This document shows, piece after piece, positions 35,050 to 47,553 of a DNA stretch of 64,000 nucleotides. Origin of the DNA: Octopus sinensis (taxonomy: Eukaryota); the NCBI RefSeq assembly GCF_006345805.1, contig NC_042997.1, positions 201,624,001 through 201,688,000 on the forward strand. The letters are read 5' to 3'. The notes under the pieces were generated by a model, which made no database searches, was not told the DNA's origin, and worked only from the letters and a program-made list of their open reading frames with translations. The number at the start of each line of letters is the position of its first letter. Position 1 is the first letter of the stretch. Both the position numbers and the translations under genes were made by a program.

Positions 35050-35520
35050 GTATTAAACTTTTGTTATATTTCTTTTGAAACGCCCTGCCTTTGTCTCAAT
35101 TAATATTGAAAATAATGACAGATTTGCTAAAATAGCTTCGTTCGTCTTTATTCAGCCGGTGTTTAGAACAGAAGCATAAATTAACATGAGATTTTGACGG
35201 AACGTTTTAATTTAGATCACTTCAAAACAGAAACATTGTATCAGAGAACCAAGGGTGGTCTCAGACGAATTGGCATCAAAAATATTAGCCCTTTTGACAC
35301 GATATTTCTGTTGAGACACACAGTCATTGTTTCAATTAGGTTTGAAAATAATGAGAAATTTAGAGAAATGACTTTGTTATTATTAACCTGGTGTTTGGAA
35401 CGTAAATTGAATGAAATTTTACCGGAAAAGCTTTAATTTTGATCAGTTTAGACAGCGAATTTGTACCAGGGGAGATCTCTGACGTGTTAGTAACAGTGTC
35501 ACACACTTAGTTAGCAGTAT
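35050..35520 (+). repeat. Two diverged tandem copies of a dispersed repeat, possibly a piggyBac-like MITE
   Basis: GTTTCAATTA..TTGAAAATAATGA..ATTT...GGTGTTT.GAAC..AAATT occurs at ~35090 and ~35325; second unit starts TTAGCCCTTTT. Confidence 0.45.
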
Positions 35521-36507
35521 CACCCTTGAGCCTTCAGAAATTATTTGATTTACTTTAAAGTTTCTCTGTCGATTAGAAATCATTCTCTAAAAGATATAAA
35601 TATTTTTTAAAGACGAAGATGATATCAATAGATAAAGACAAAAGCAAGGTAATGCACCACTCTACATAGGTTGTTTAATGCTTCTATTGTATTTCAGTAA
35701 AGCTTTCGTTTGTCAACTATAAAATTCAAAAGAAATAATCCAAAAGTTTAGAGAAAGAGTTTCATGATCGGCAGGCTATTTTGGCGTGTTGCCAATAACC
35801 TTTTGTTTTTCTAATCTCTTGTATTATAATCTATCTATTATTTGATAAGGGAAAACTTTCCCGAAATATCATAGAAGCATTAAATAATATATGTCGGATG
35901 ATACAATATCTTGCCTTCGTTTTTATTTATTGGTATCAACTTACATACTCTACTAGCTTCTCACTTGCATGCAATAGTATCAATATTTTGCATACATATA
36001 ACACTGGGGAAAATGGTATTAAAATGCAGCTGGAGTAATCTTTATTTGTTCAAACACAAAAATTATTGACATCATTGGAAACACACTAAACAGCGATGAT
36101 TAAAATATAGACATGTACAATTATATTTAACACGCTCATGTTCAACCAAACACGGAAAGATGTTCGCTACAGACATTGTCTCTGGAGAGTAATTTATATT
36201 ATTCTGGTAGAGTAATTTTATAAACAATATGCGTGAAATCCACACCACTAGGTTGTGAATGACGTCACTGAACCATAGCACACTTATTTCTGCGTCGTTA
36301 CGCTTCATCACAGACACCGAACCCGTCATTCATAACCGACTAAGAACTGCCTTTCTTACATTTAAACAGAAAATAGTAAATTTACAGATGTGAGCAAAGC
36401 TTTGTCTGAAAAGAGACTTTCTCTTCTGAGTGCCGTGAAAGCCTTTCGATGCTTGAGTGAATGTGTCCATGTTAAACATAACTGCACACAACTATATTTC
36501 TTCAGTG

Positions 36508-36835
36508 AAGATCCGTAGCTTAGTGGCTTAGTGGCTAGGATATTAGGCTCACGACCGTGTGGTCGTGAGTTCGTTTCTTGGCGGCGCATTGTGTCGTTGA
36601 GCAAGACACTTTATTTCACGTTGCTCCACTCCTCTCAGCTGGCAAAAATTATTTGTTCCTGTATTTCAAAGAGTCATCCCTGTCACGCTCTGTGTCACGC
36701 TGAATCTCCCTGAGAACTACGTAAAGTGTTCGTGTGTCTGTGGAGTGCTCAGCCACTTACATGTTAATTTCACGAGCAGGCTGTTTCGTTGATCAGATCA
36801 ACTGCAACCCGCATCGTAGTAAGCGACGGAATGCC
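36508..36835 (+). mobile_element. SINE-3, tail type e
   Basis: tRNA boxes, TTGAGCAAGACACTTTATTTCACG, tail GAGTGCTCAGCCACTT...TTAATTTCACGAGCAGGCTG shared with 41657-41986. Confidence 0.85.
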
Positions 36836-37370
36836 AGTTAGTTACATTTCAAGACCGTTTCCTTCACGAATTTTGGGTGTTTTGAATCCATGATAACAAT
36901 AAAAAGAATAGTTACCTTAATGCAAATAAAAGGACTCTAGCTACATTAATACCATTTGTTCGTTAATGGCTTAATCCAGGAAGCGAATAGCTTATTGATG
37001 ACTAGTGTGCATATAATGAATCGGTTGTATTTAATTATCAATATATTAAAGTTAATCATTCTCGTGACTTCATTGACCTTGTTACGTCTACTAAAACTGT
37101 TGAAGCATTCTGGCAAAGGATTAAAAAGTCATTAAAAAGAATCAGTGATAGCTAGGGTGAATTAAACATAGATGAAAGCCTGTCTCTGATCCTACTCGTT
37201 ACAGTAGACATTCTGTTGGTTTGACTTCTCCCTGGTAACACCATTATGTAACTAATATATTTCTAAATCAATATAACTGAGAGATAGCCTTTATAATAAA
37301 TTTATTAGCGTATTGATTGATTTGTGTTCACCTAATTCCAGTTATGACCATCACACCGTTTGTGAATATA

Positions 37371-37767
37371 GGTGCGGGCGTGGCTGTGAGGTAAGAAGCT
37401 TGCTTCCCAACCGTGTGGCTTCGAGTTCAGTCCCATTGCGTGACAACTCGGGCAAGTGTATTTATTCTTACTATATCCTCGAACCGATCAAAGATCTCTG
37501 AGCGCATTTTGTAGACGGAAACTGAAAGAAGCCCATCATATGTTTGTGTTTGTTTGTTTGTGTTTGTAACTGTATTTGTCCCCCATCACCGCTTGGCAAC
37601 CGATGTTGGTGTATTTATGTCCCCGTAACCTAGCGGTTCCGCAAAAGCGACCGATAGAACAAGTACTTGTCTTAAAAGGAAAAATAAGCACCGGGTTCAA
37701 TTCACCTTCAAGGTGCTGCCCCAACATGGCCGCGGCCTAATGACCAAAATAACTAAACGATAAAAGA
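37371..37767 (+). mobile_element. SINE-2, diverged full length
   Basis: Head, GGTAGACGGAAACTGAAAGAAGCCC-type body and tail. Confidence 0.8.
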
Positions 37768-38067
37768 TAGTATACCTTCACCTTCATCATATAATGTCTT
37801 TTTCATTTTTTTAAGACAGTCAGATGTGATTTGAGTGGGAATTAGTTGCTATTTCTAGCTGATCCGCCGCTGGTGTAGAGGCTTCTTCGTTGCTTATCGC
37901 ATATTACTGATAAATTTATCCCACAGGATTCACATATTGTAATTACGTTTAACAAACTTTGACTTGCATTTTGACTTCATACTTCCTGTTTACTCACTGA
38001 AGACTGGCCAGTGGTCAAACAGCAACAACAGTAGAAGCAGCAGCAACAGCAGTAGAAGCAGCAGCAG

Positions 38068-38259
38068 CCGTCCAAGAATTTGGACCTGGAGCTCTCCATT
38101 TCCAGCGACTTCGAGGGCCACCTCCCAGTGGTGTCGGGCATCAACGAAGAGCCCTCGACTACAACAAGACGGCCAAAGTTTTTTTTTTCCAAGGTCTGGA
38201 GTGTCCCGCCCCTAAGCCCTAGACCATCACCTAATCACCCTTACCCGTCTTGTTGCTTA
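38068..38259 (+). mobile_element. ~190-bp GC-rich short repeat between (CAG)n and (AAC)n tracts; second copy at 60619-60816 (minus)
   Basis: Both copies start CCGTCCAAGAATTTGGACC and end CCCGTCTTGTTGCTT+(AAC)n. Confidence 0.8.
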
Positions 38260-38272
38260 ACAACAACAACAT

Positions 38273-38303
<31 letters not shown>

Positions 38304-38384
38304 CTCTAATTAGAATTTTTCAATATTCTTTTATTCTTTCAATCTTTTACTTGTTTCAGTCATTTGACTGCGGCCATGCTGGTT

Positions 38385-39230
38385 AGATATTCTGTTCTTT
38401 ATGTAATTTTCAATGGAGCCTATATTGTAGTGATTTCGTCCCTCAGATTCTGCCTCACATCTATATATTAAACTTTGTTGTTTGCAAAACATTTTTGCAA
38501 TTTTCCTTTTCAGTTTCCCTTTTAATAATGTTGTGCGTATTTTTCCCGTGTATAGAGTTATTTCCATTTTGTTTATCTCTAATGTTTTGATTCCTAACCA
38601 TAGGTTTTTTTGGGGTACTCTGTTTTAATCTTAATCTTGTCTTAATCTTGGTATTTATCTGTCTTAATCTTGTCTTATCTGTCTTAATCTGTCTTATCTG
38701 TCTTAATCTTGGTATTTACACTCATTTTGTGTTCATTGCTTCCGCTATAAGTATTCTCATATATTTCTGAGCTATTGCTAATGTTATTACTTTTATTGTT
38801 ATCATTATGTGTTATTTTTGTTATCCTTTTACTGGTTTGCGAGTATTTATTTTTCTTATTCACATGGGAGATATTATGGGTTACCTTCCTTCTTTCACTT
38901 CTTGTGTTTTCCGTATTCTCGTTATGATCAGCATTATTATGGTCAGCAAGCAGGCTATCTGGGTGGTTCTTACCTCTATTATCACAGGAATCATTCAATT
39001 TTTTATCATTCAGTGCAGATATAACTTATGCTATGTTTTTTGAAAGGTAGACGCCTACTTTTAGATAACAAGCGTTTAATATCTTGTGTTATTTATTCTC
39101 CCCCGTAAAATGTCTGGAGACAGCTTTATAGAACAGCTTTACTAAATTGGTTTCAATTTTTTTCGCAAATGGAATTATTAGCCAAATGTGTCAATTTTCG
39201 CCCAGAAGAATTATCTACCATCGTTCTTTC
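38385..39230 (-). mobile_element. Degenerate Penelope-like element: RT C-terminal/thumb region, Asn-rich linker and GIY-YIG start
   Basis: IIPFAKKIETNLVKLFYKAVSRHF..NK.HKILN resembles the PLE motif PPF...V.TNIG..F..LI..HF. Downstream SLIYRCEAESEGRNHYNIGSIENYIKNRISN fits the IY...YIG..R pattern. Confidence 0.65.
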
Positions 39231-39359
39231 ATAATGCAATTTTAATTGTAATTTGAATGAAGATTGATATGGAAACGATCGTAGGCTTATATAATTGACA
39301 AAATGTAAATAAATTGATTATGCTCTGTTCAGACTCTCCATTCTCTTTATGATATATTA

Positions 39360-39360
<1 letters not shown>

Positions 39361-39425
<65 letters not shown>

Positions 39426-41236
39426 CAAGATTAGAGTAATAATGAAAAGCAAATCGTTTGGTATCTCTTGAAAAATACACTTAATTTAGATAGATTATAT
39501 AGACATACGGAGTCTCTTACAGCCGTTTCAAGAATTGCCAAGTGTGTGGATCACCATATTGAGTATGTATTTCATAGATTGGGTATTTCCCTTATCAGAG
39601 AGTGAGAAATCAAACTGGAACTGCAATCTGCCACTATTATTCGCCTTGGATTATCATCGAACATTCTCATTTGAAACTGCTTATGGATATCACCTATAAC
39701 TGTGTATTTCATTCGATCACGGATTACCCAACGAATTCTTATTTTACTCTCATCCTTTCCCTGTTCTTCACAAATTGGAATACACTAATATCCTGAGATT
39801 GGGGATTTTCCCTCGTTTTTTCATCTCTGATTTCTCTTTCACACACTCTCTCTCTCTCTCATTACGATATACTCAGCCTATGGAATTCTGACTCAATATG
39901 ATGATATATGTTTGGCTATTCTAGAAACAGCTGTAAGAAACTTTTTATGTCTATTCTCTAAATTAAATATCTTTTTTAAGTGAGGAAAAACGGTTTGCCA
40001 TTTCATTATCGCTTTTAATCTTTATCTACCTGCTCAAGGAAAAGCCACATATAGCCGCTTCTGATAGGCAGTCTCAACATCACACATTGAAGTGCATTTC
40101 AAACCTGAGTTTTAGTGCTAAACCAAACAGAGCACATATAGTACATGACTCTAAGTCAGTTCACAAAAACACTCTACATATTCTGTATGTAAGTAAGTAT
40201 GTATGTATGAATATATATATACATATATATATGCTTGTGTGTGTCTATGTGTCTAAGTGTATCCGTGTGTGTTCTGTATGTATGTGAGTGCGTGTGTACA
40301 CACACACACACACACACCACACACACACACACAACACACACACACACATCAAGATTAGAGTAATAATGAAAAGCAAATCGTTTGGTATCTCTTGAAAAAT
40401 ACACTTAATTTAGATAGAGAATATAGACATACGGAGTCTCTTACAGCCGTTTCAAGAATTGCCAAGTGTGTGGATCACCATATTGAGTATGTATTTCATA
40501 GATTGGGTATTTCCCTTATCAGAGAGTGAGAAATCAAACTGGAACTGCAATCTGCCACTATTATTCGCCTTGGATTATCATCGAACATTCTCATTTGAAA
40601 CTGCTTATGGATATCACCTATAACTGTGTATTTCATTCGATCACGGATTACCCAACGAATTCTTATTTTACTCTCATCCTTTCCCTGCTCTTCACAAATT
40701 GGAATACACTAATATCCTGAGATTGGGGATTTTCCCTCGTTTTTTCATCTCTGATTTCTCTTTCACACACTCTCTCTCTCTCTCATTACGATATACTCAG
40801 CCTATGGAATTCTGACTCAATATGATGATATATGTTTGGCTATTCTAGAAACAGCTGTAAGAAACTTTTTATGTCTATTCTCTAAATTAAATATCTTTTT
40901 TAAGTGAGGAAAAACGGTTTGCCATTTCATTATCGCTTTTAATCTTTATCTACCTGCTCAAGGAAAAGCCACATATAGCCGCTTCTGATAGGCAGTCTCA
41001 ACATCACACATTGAAGTGCATTTCAAACCTGAGTTTTAGTGCTAAACCAAACAGAGCACATATAGTACATGACTCTAAGTCAGTTCACAAAAACACTCTA
41101 CATATTCTGTATGTAAGTAAGTATGTATGTATGAATATATATATACATATATATATGCTTGTGTGTGTCTATGTGTCTAAGTGTATCCGTGTGTGTTCTG
41201 TATGTATGTGAGTGCGTGTGTACACACACACACACA
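39361..41236 (+). repeat. Near-identical 924-bp tandem duplication bounded by (CA)n
   Basis: 39421.. = 40345..; ORFs 39602/40526 and 40087/41011 are offset by exactly 924. Confidence 0.95.
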
Positions 41237-41583
41237 TATATCACCTTCACCCTTAGATTCTTACACCTTTTAATTCCCTGCGAGGAGGTCGATTCTTTGT
41301 CCTTGATTGTGAATCATACTTTATTCGTCCGTCACTCTTACACCTCTCTTCATTCTCCTTCCCCACACTTTTCCTTTTATGTTTTTTTACTTTTAATTTT
41401 CCACCTCAACTTTCTCCGAGCGTCAAATTAATATATTTACTGTGAATATCCGTCTGACTTTTCTTGTTCTGCTTTTGTTCTTGATGTTGCCGTCCGTCAA
41501 CCTTTTGCCCATACATACATACATACATACATACATACATACATACATACATACATACATACATACATACATACATACATACA

Positions 41584-41619
<36 letters not shown>

Positions 41620-41656
41620 TAGCGTGTATATATATAGTGCATATTTATATATGTAG

Positions 41657-41985
41657 TGAAGGCGCGTGGCTTAGTGGTTAGAGCATTCGGCTTACGACCT
41701 TATGGTCATGAATTCAATTTCATTTCCGGTGGTGACGCATTGTGTCCTTGAGCAAGACCCTTTAATCTACGTTGCTCCAGTCCACTCAGCTGGCAAAAAT
41801 GAGTTGTACCTGTATTTTAAAGGGCCGGCCTTGTCACACTTTGTGTCACGCTAAAACTCCCTGAGAAATACGTTAAGGGTACACGTGTATGTGTAGTGCT
41901 CAGCCACTTGCACCTTAATTTCACGAGCAGGCTGTTCCGTTGATTGTATCAGCTGGGACCATCGTCGTTGTAACCGACGGAGTGC

Positions 41986-41986
<1 letters not shown>
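41657..41986 (+). mobile_element. SINE-3, tail type e
   Basis: GGCGCGTGGCTTAGTGG head; same tail as 36508-36835. Confidence 0.85.
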
Positions 41987-42014
<28 letters not shown>

Positions 42015-42020
<6 letters not shown>

Positions 42021-42237
42021 GTTCAAAAAGTCTCTCCGCAGTGAATTCTTTTCTCTAAGATGTATTTCAAAATATGTGTAGAAGAATTCACTTATATATT
42101 GAAAATGAATGACAACACTTTTAAAGTTTTTTAAAATCTTGTAAAGTCTGATATATTCTTTTGTAGTCTTATACCATCTTATAAATATTTATTTTGCAAT
42201 AAAATACTTACTGCGGAGAGACTTTTTGAACACCTTG
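42015..42237. mobile_element. Mariner-type MITE
   Basis: TIRs (T/C)A(G/A)GGTGTTCAAAAAGTCTCTCCGCAGT flanked by TA. Confidence 0.85.
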
Positions 42238-42371
42238 TAAGTGTGTGTGTGTGTGTGTGCTTCGTACTTTTTTGTTGTACGCGTTTCAAGATGTCTTGTG
42301 CCCACATATGCATATATATATACGTATAGATGTATATACATATACGTATGTATATATGCATATATATATAT

Positions 42372-43406
42372 TTATATATATAAAACTGAGAATGTGTGTC
42401 TGTCTGTCTGTATGTTTCCCTAAAACTTGAGAACTACACAACCAATTTCATTCAAATTTTACACATGCCTTACTTAGGGTCCATGTAGTTTCATGGGCAA
42501 AAAAGATGTTCAACTTCTAGCCTAGAGCGAACCGATAGCAATATCATATCTTCTCCTCTATTTCAGTATTACGTGTTAAAAGTGAAACAAAAACGTTTCT
42601 CTATTTTATGTCAGATACTTTCACTTTAACAATAAAAATAATAATAACAATTGAATTATATGTAGTAAGTAATAATTAAAATCAAACTAAAGTATATATA
42701 TCGTAACATAACAAAAGTAAAAATAGCAATTTGGTGTAAAATTGCATCAATGACTTGAACTTGAATAAGTGGTTTCACATGAATGGGAATAAATTAAAAA
42801 TAAAATTAGCGTGCAGAAATGGAGTAGTCCAGATGGATAATAAAAAATTAAATTAAAGAAAAGACTATTGTCTATAAAGTATACAATGTAGAGAAAAAAG
42901 ATTTGAACACATGGAGGAAAGCACCTTCGAAAGTGTCTTGGTGCAAAAATGAAAGTTATCTAATCAGAGGCGGTAAATTCGCCACAATAGAAGCAAGGTT
43001 CGAGTCAACGGAGCGTGCAAGAGAGTACTCGACTCGAACTTGCAAAGTGGAAATATTTTATTTTTACCCTTATATCTGGGACGCAGGACGTCCCGGAAAA
43101 AAATTTTTAATGCCCCCCACCCCCACCCCCACCCGAAGTAGAAGTAGGCTGGATTGTAGCCACACTTCTATACTAGAGGGAGAACAAGATACAATTCATC
43201 GAAATTACAAGAGACGAGCTAACAATTCCAGTCTGTTATATATTTTGAGTATTGTTATCACTAGCGATATCAAAATATAACTTTGTATTTTGTATTTTAT
43301 GTGTAGATGTATATATATAGATGTACATGTAATATGTACACATATATATACACATATATACATGCACTAGCACTATGACCCGGCAACGACGGGTCTTTAA
43401 TGCTAG
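42372..43406 (+). mobile_element. Non-autonomous Helitron
   Basis: TATATATAAAACTGAGAATG start; 3' hairpin GACCCG-GCAACGA-CGGGTC at 43377-43395 followed by CTAG|T at 43403-43406. Confidence 0.8.
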
Positions 43407-43409
43407 TAT

Positions 43410-44600
43410 ATGTATATATAAAACTGAGAATGTGTGTCTGTCTGTCTGTCTGTGTGAATCCCTAAAACGTGAGAACTACTCAACCAATTTCATTCAAATT
43501 TTACACATGCCTTACTTAGGGTCCAGGGAGTGTCATGGGCAAATTTTGTTTTAACTTTGTGCCTAGGGCGAGCCCACAGCAATATATCTTCTCCACTATG
43601 AATCCCTAAAACTTGAGAACTACACAACCAATTTCATTCGAATTTTACACATGCCTTACTTAGGGTCCATGTAGTGCGATGGACAAAAAACTTCTAACTT
43701 CTTGCCTAGAGCGAACCCATAGCAATATCATATCTTCTCCACTATTTCAGTATTACGTGTTAAAAGTGAAACAAAAACATCTCTCTATTGTAATGTCAGA
43801 TACTTTCACTTTAATACTGAAACTATTAAAGTCAAACTATTATATAAGAGGGATGAACCATTAACAGTGGACATCGATTTTGCTAGAAGAAGATCCGCTA
43901 TGGTCTTGAATGCTACACCCCTGGTTTTCAATTCATATCAATCAAATTAATATTCAATTTCTCACCCTTATTATTTTAAATTTAAATTTAAACCCAGAAC
44001 CATGTGTTTTGGAACGAAGTTTGTTACCACACAGCCACACCTGCACCTATGTATGTGTGTGTGTGTATAGCTGTATATATATACATTTCTTTCTATACAT
44101 AAAGATGTATATGTATACATGTATATGAGTAGATGTGTACATATATATACACCCATACACACATACACACACACATGTGCAGGTGTAGCTGTGTGGTAAC
44201 AAACTTCGTTGCAAAACACATGGTCCTCAGTTCAGTCCCTCTGTGTGGTGACTTGGCATGTGTCTTCTGTTATAGCCCCAGACCAACCAAAGCCTTGTCA
44301 ATGGATTTTGTAGACAGAAACTGAAAGAAATCAATCGTATATATATGTATATATGTAAGCCTGTGTGTGTGTCTTTGTGTTTCTCCCAAATCACTGCCCC
44401 ACAACTGGTGTTCGTTTATTTACATCCCCATAACTTACTGGTTTACAAGAAGAAACTTATCAAAATAAAAAAACACTACGCAGTATCTCATATTTTTTGT
44501 TTGACCGCACAATTTATCTTTGTGTGTGTGTGTGTGTACATATATATATAATGCACACACACGCGCGCGCGCACACGTACACACACACACACACACACAC

Positions 44601-44641
<41 letters not shown>

Positions 44642-46326
44642 GTATGCATATGTGTACATTCATATTTATTATATCAAAGACAATGTCTTTATGTGTTCGT
44701 GTATTACTTATACATTCGAAAATTGCTGCACCGATCATAATGAAATTTGGAACACAAAATCCAAGCCAAGGGAGAAGGGTAATGCTGTGTGTTTCATACC
44801 TCATGGACCAAAATTACTGAATAGAATCCTTATGATATTTGAAACTTAGATTCAATGCATAAGGGCTGGTATAATGCAATATGTTTGGTTTGAATTTCAG
44901 ATGGCTTAAGGGGGGCAGAACCCCCAAGGAAGTTCATAAATTTTCGATGTTGATGAAATTTCAACCATGGGTAATTGACACACATTAAGAAGTATTCTCA
45001 AAGTTTCCACTTCACATGAGGATTCTAAGACACCCAAATGGGGGCCTTCACTCCCAAATTTTAGTCATTTCTTTTATGATCCAAAACTAAGTCAAAAGTA
45101 CTGAATGGATCTTTACGAAATTTGGAAATTATATTCTATGCATAAGGGCCACAACCCCCATGACAATACATATATTTTTGCTGTTGAGGAAATTTTAACC
45201 ATAGATATTAGATACAAATAAATTAATATATATAAAATTTCATCTTGTTACAAGTTATAAAGAACCCACCATGGAGACTTAACACCCACAATTTCGTCAT
45301 TTTATCTAAGCAAAGACGAATAGTTGTACTCTTGGAAGCTGTGGGGTCATCCGAGCATAGAAGATGTGCATTATTTGTAATTCAATGGCACGACAGTTTG
45401 CTTTGACATACAATTAGATTGTGATTTCTGCAATGTGCTGCATAAATTGTCAAGTAAATGAGAGGCATCTTTGCCTCCACTGATTCAGTTGCAAAGTGTT
45501 GAGTAAAGTTATTTGATTGCAGATCTACTTTCAGTATTTTATTATCACTGGATCACACATAGTCTCCAGATGGTAACATTGATTTCAAGGCCTTCCCAGA
45601 TGAGTGACTGGTTATTCAAAAACATTTATAGATTGTAAATTTATTCTGTCCAGTTACATATCAGTATAGTGGTCATTTGCAAACGCCAACTTTCATTTCT
45701 CCTTAGCCTTCACGTCAGACAGTTAATGTTTATTTCAGTTGGGTAACGCCCTTCCAATTGCTATAAATTCGTAATGCATCTTACTGCTGTGCCTGTCACC
45801 TGGATGGTGAGGAATCCTACATTGGGAGTGCTAACGACTAGGGTACTGTAGCTGACTGCTTATTGTGATCATTCGTCTTTTGGTTTCCTATAAGCTTTAC
45901 TCACTTTTACAAGCCCAATGAACATATATTTCCTATTTCAAAGAAATTCAAACAATAGATATAAGACCCAAGTAAAAAAGATTCTCAACAATTCAACTTG
46001 TGTGGTTTATATTAAGATGCTCACCCCCAACAGGGGCCTTAACTCTCACATTTTAGAGCTCTATGACCTTCATTTTTCAGGAGCAAAATCTTTTTAACAG
46101 GTTCAATAAAACTGGAATTTTGGAATATGCGCATAAAAATCAGTAATATGGGATATATGTAGCACGATTACAATTTTTGGGGGGTCTGTAAAGAGGGAAA
46201 TAACCCTCATCTGCAATTTTGATGAAATTCGAAACATAGATATTCCAGTTCATTAGGGAAAATATAACAGAAAAGTTTAAATCTTCAATTGTATGTAACA
46301 CTGGCAACGCCGGGTATCTCTGCTAG
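43410..46326 (+). mobile_element. Second Helitron, head-to-tail, with internal duplications, a nested SINE-2 and unrelated internal sequence
   Basis: Same 5' start; repeated GAAATTT(G/T/C) subrepeats at 44.7-46.2 kb; 3' hairpin CTGGC-AAC-GCCGG then CTAG|T at 46323-46326. Continuity as one element is inferred. Confidence 0.6.
44177..44465 (+). mobile_element. SINE-2, diverged, with an inverted copy of its head at 43991-44046
   Basis: Both heads share the private variant AACAAACTTCGTT(G/C)CAAAACAC. Confidence 0.75.
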
Positions 46327-46490
<164 letters not shown>

Positions 46491-47024
46491 GTTATATATA
46501 AAAGCAATTTTAAATTGAAGGCTCACTCAGTATTTTTTAGAAAATGTCCTATTTGTTGATCTTTACAAAGATATTGTCAGTGACTTGGAACTTCCATTTA
46601 ACCAGATGTCGAATTAGCTTACTATGATTGCTTGTATTTTTATTTAATTTTTCCTCTTCTTTATCTTTAATCTTACATGAACGTCTGTTGACAACTGATA
46701 TCTACTAAAGTACTCAATGTCATCTCTGTGTCCACGATCATTAAGTTCCAGGATTCTTTGCAGAGTGTGGAACCAGTTATCAGCCACAATTATTCCCACG
46801 TATACTCCGTCCCGGAGGTGTAGCACCTCTCAGGGCCTCGGGTTTTGGTTAATTAACATCTAAATAAAAACGATCGGGAATGAGGGACCCCCTCCCCAGC
46901 CAAGTGTAGTCAGGGCATTTTTCTAGGAGAGGATACTCTGATGTAGAACCGAGGGCTTTACCTGATTACTGGTCATCTCGCTTCGGCCTGTCACTGGACA
47001 CTAATCACGGAGCTTCAGAGAGTG

Positions 47025-47261
47025 AGGCGGCGAGCTGGCAGAAGGGTTAGCACGCCGGGCGAAATGTGTAGCCGTATTTCGTCTGCCGTTACGTTCTGAG
47101 TTCAAATCCCGCCGAAGTCGACTTTGCCTTTCATCCTTTCGGGGTCGATAAATTAAGTACCAGTTACGCACTTGGGTCAATGTCATCGACTTAATCCGTT
47201 TGTCTGTCCTTGTTTGTCCCCATTGTGTGTACCCCTTGTGGGCAGTAAAGAAATAGGTATT
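47025..47261 (+). mobile_element. SINE-1, single unit, tail type a
   Basis: GGCGGCGAGCTGGCAGAAGGG head, B-box GAGTTCAAATCCC, ends GTAAAGAAATAGGTATT. Confidence 0.9.
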
Positions 47262-47294
47262 CAGGTTGCGCAAGCGTTTATTAGAATAATCCAA

Positions 47295-47515
47295 TGACGT
47301 ATAGATGTCTGTTTAGGGTGACCTCACTTGCCCTTCCATCAACTGAACGTCCTATGGCAATGGAAGAGTGGTGACTTGTGCCGACCTAACCAGTTGGCAG
47401 CGCGCAGTTACAAAGCAGCGGGACTGATAGGTCATGGACGGAAAGTCAGAAATGCCATTGACATCGAGGAAGCACAAGGGGACGCCAATCACCCGTGGAA
47501 ACAGAGTAGTCACCA
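47295..47515 (+). mobile_element. Probable RTE 3' end (degenerate C2H2-like tail)
   Basis: [11 protein letters not shown] followed by a GCCATTGACATCGAGG UTR-like motif and (TATG)n. Confidence 0.4.
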
Positions 47516-47522
47516 CATGTAC

Positions 47523-47553
<31 letters not shown>

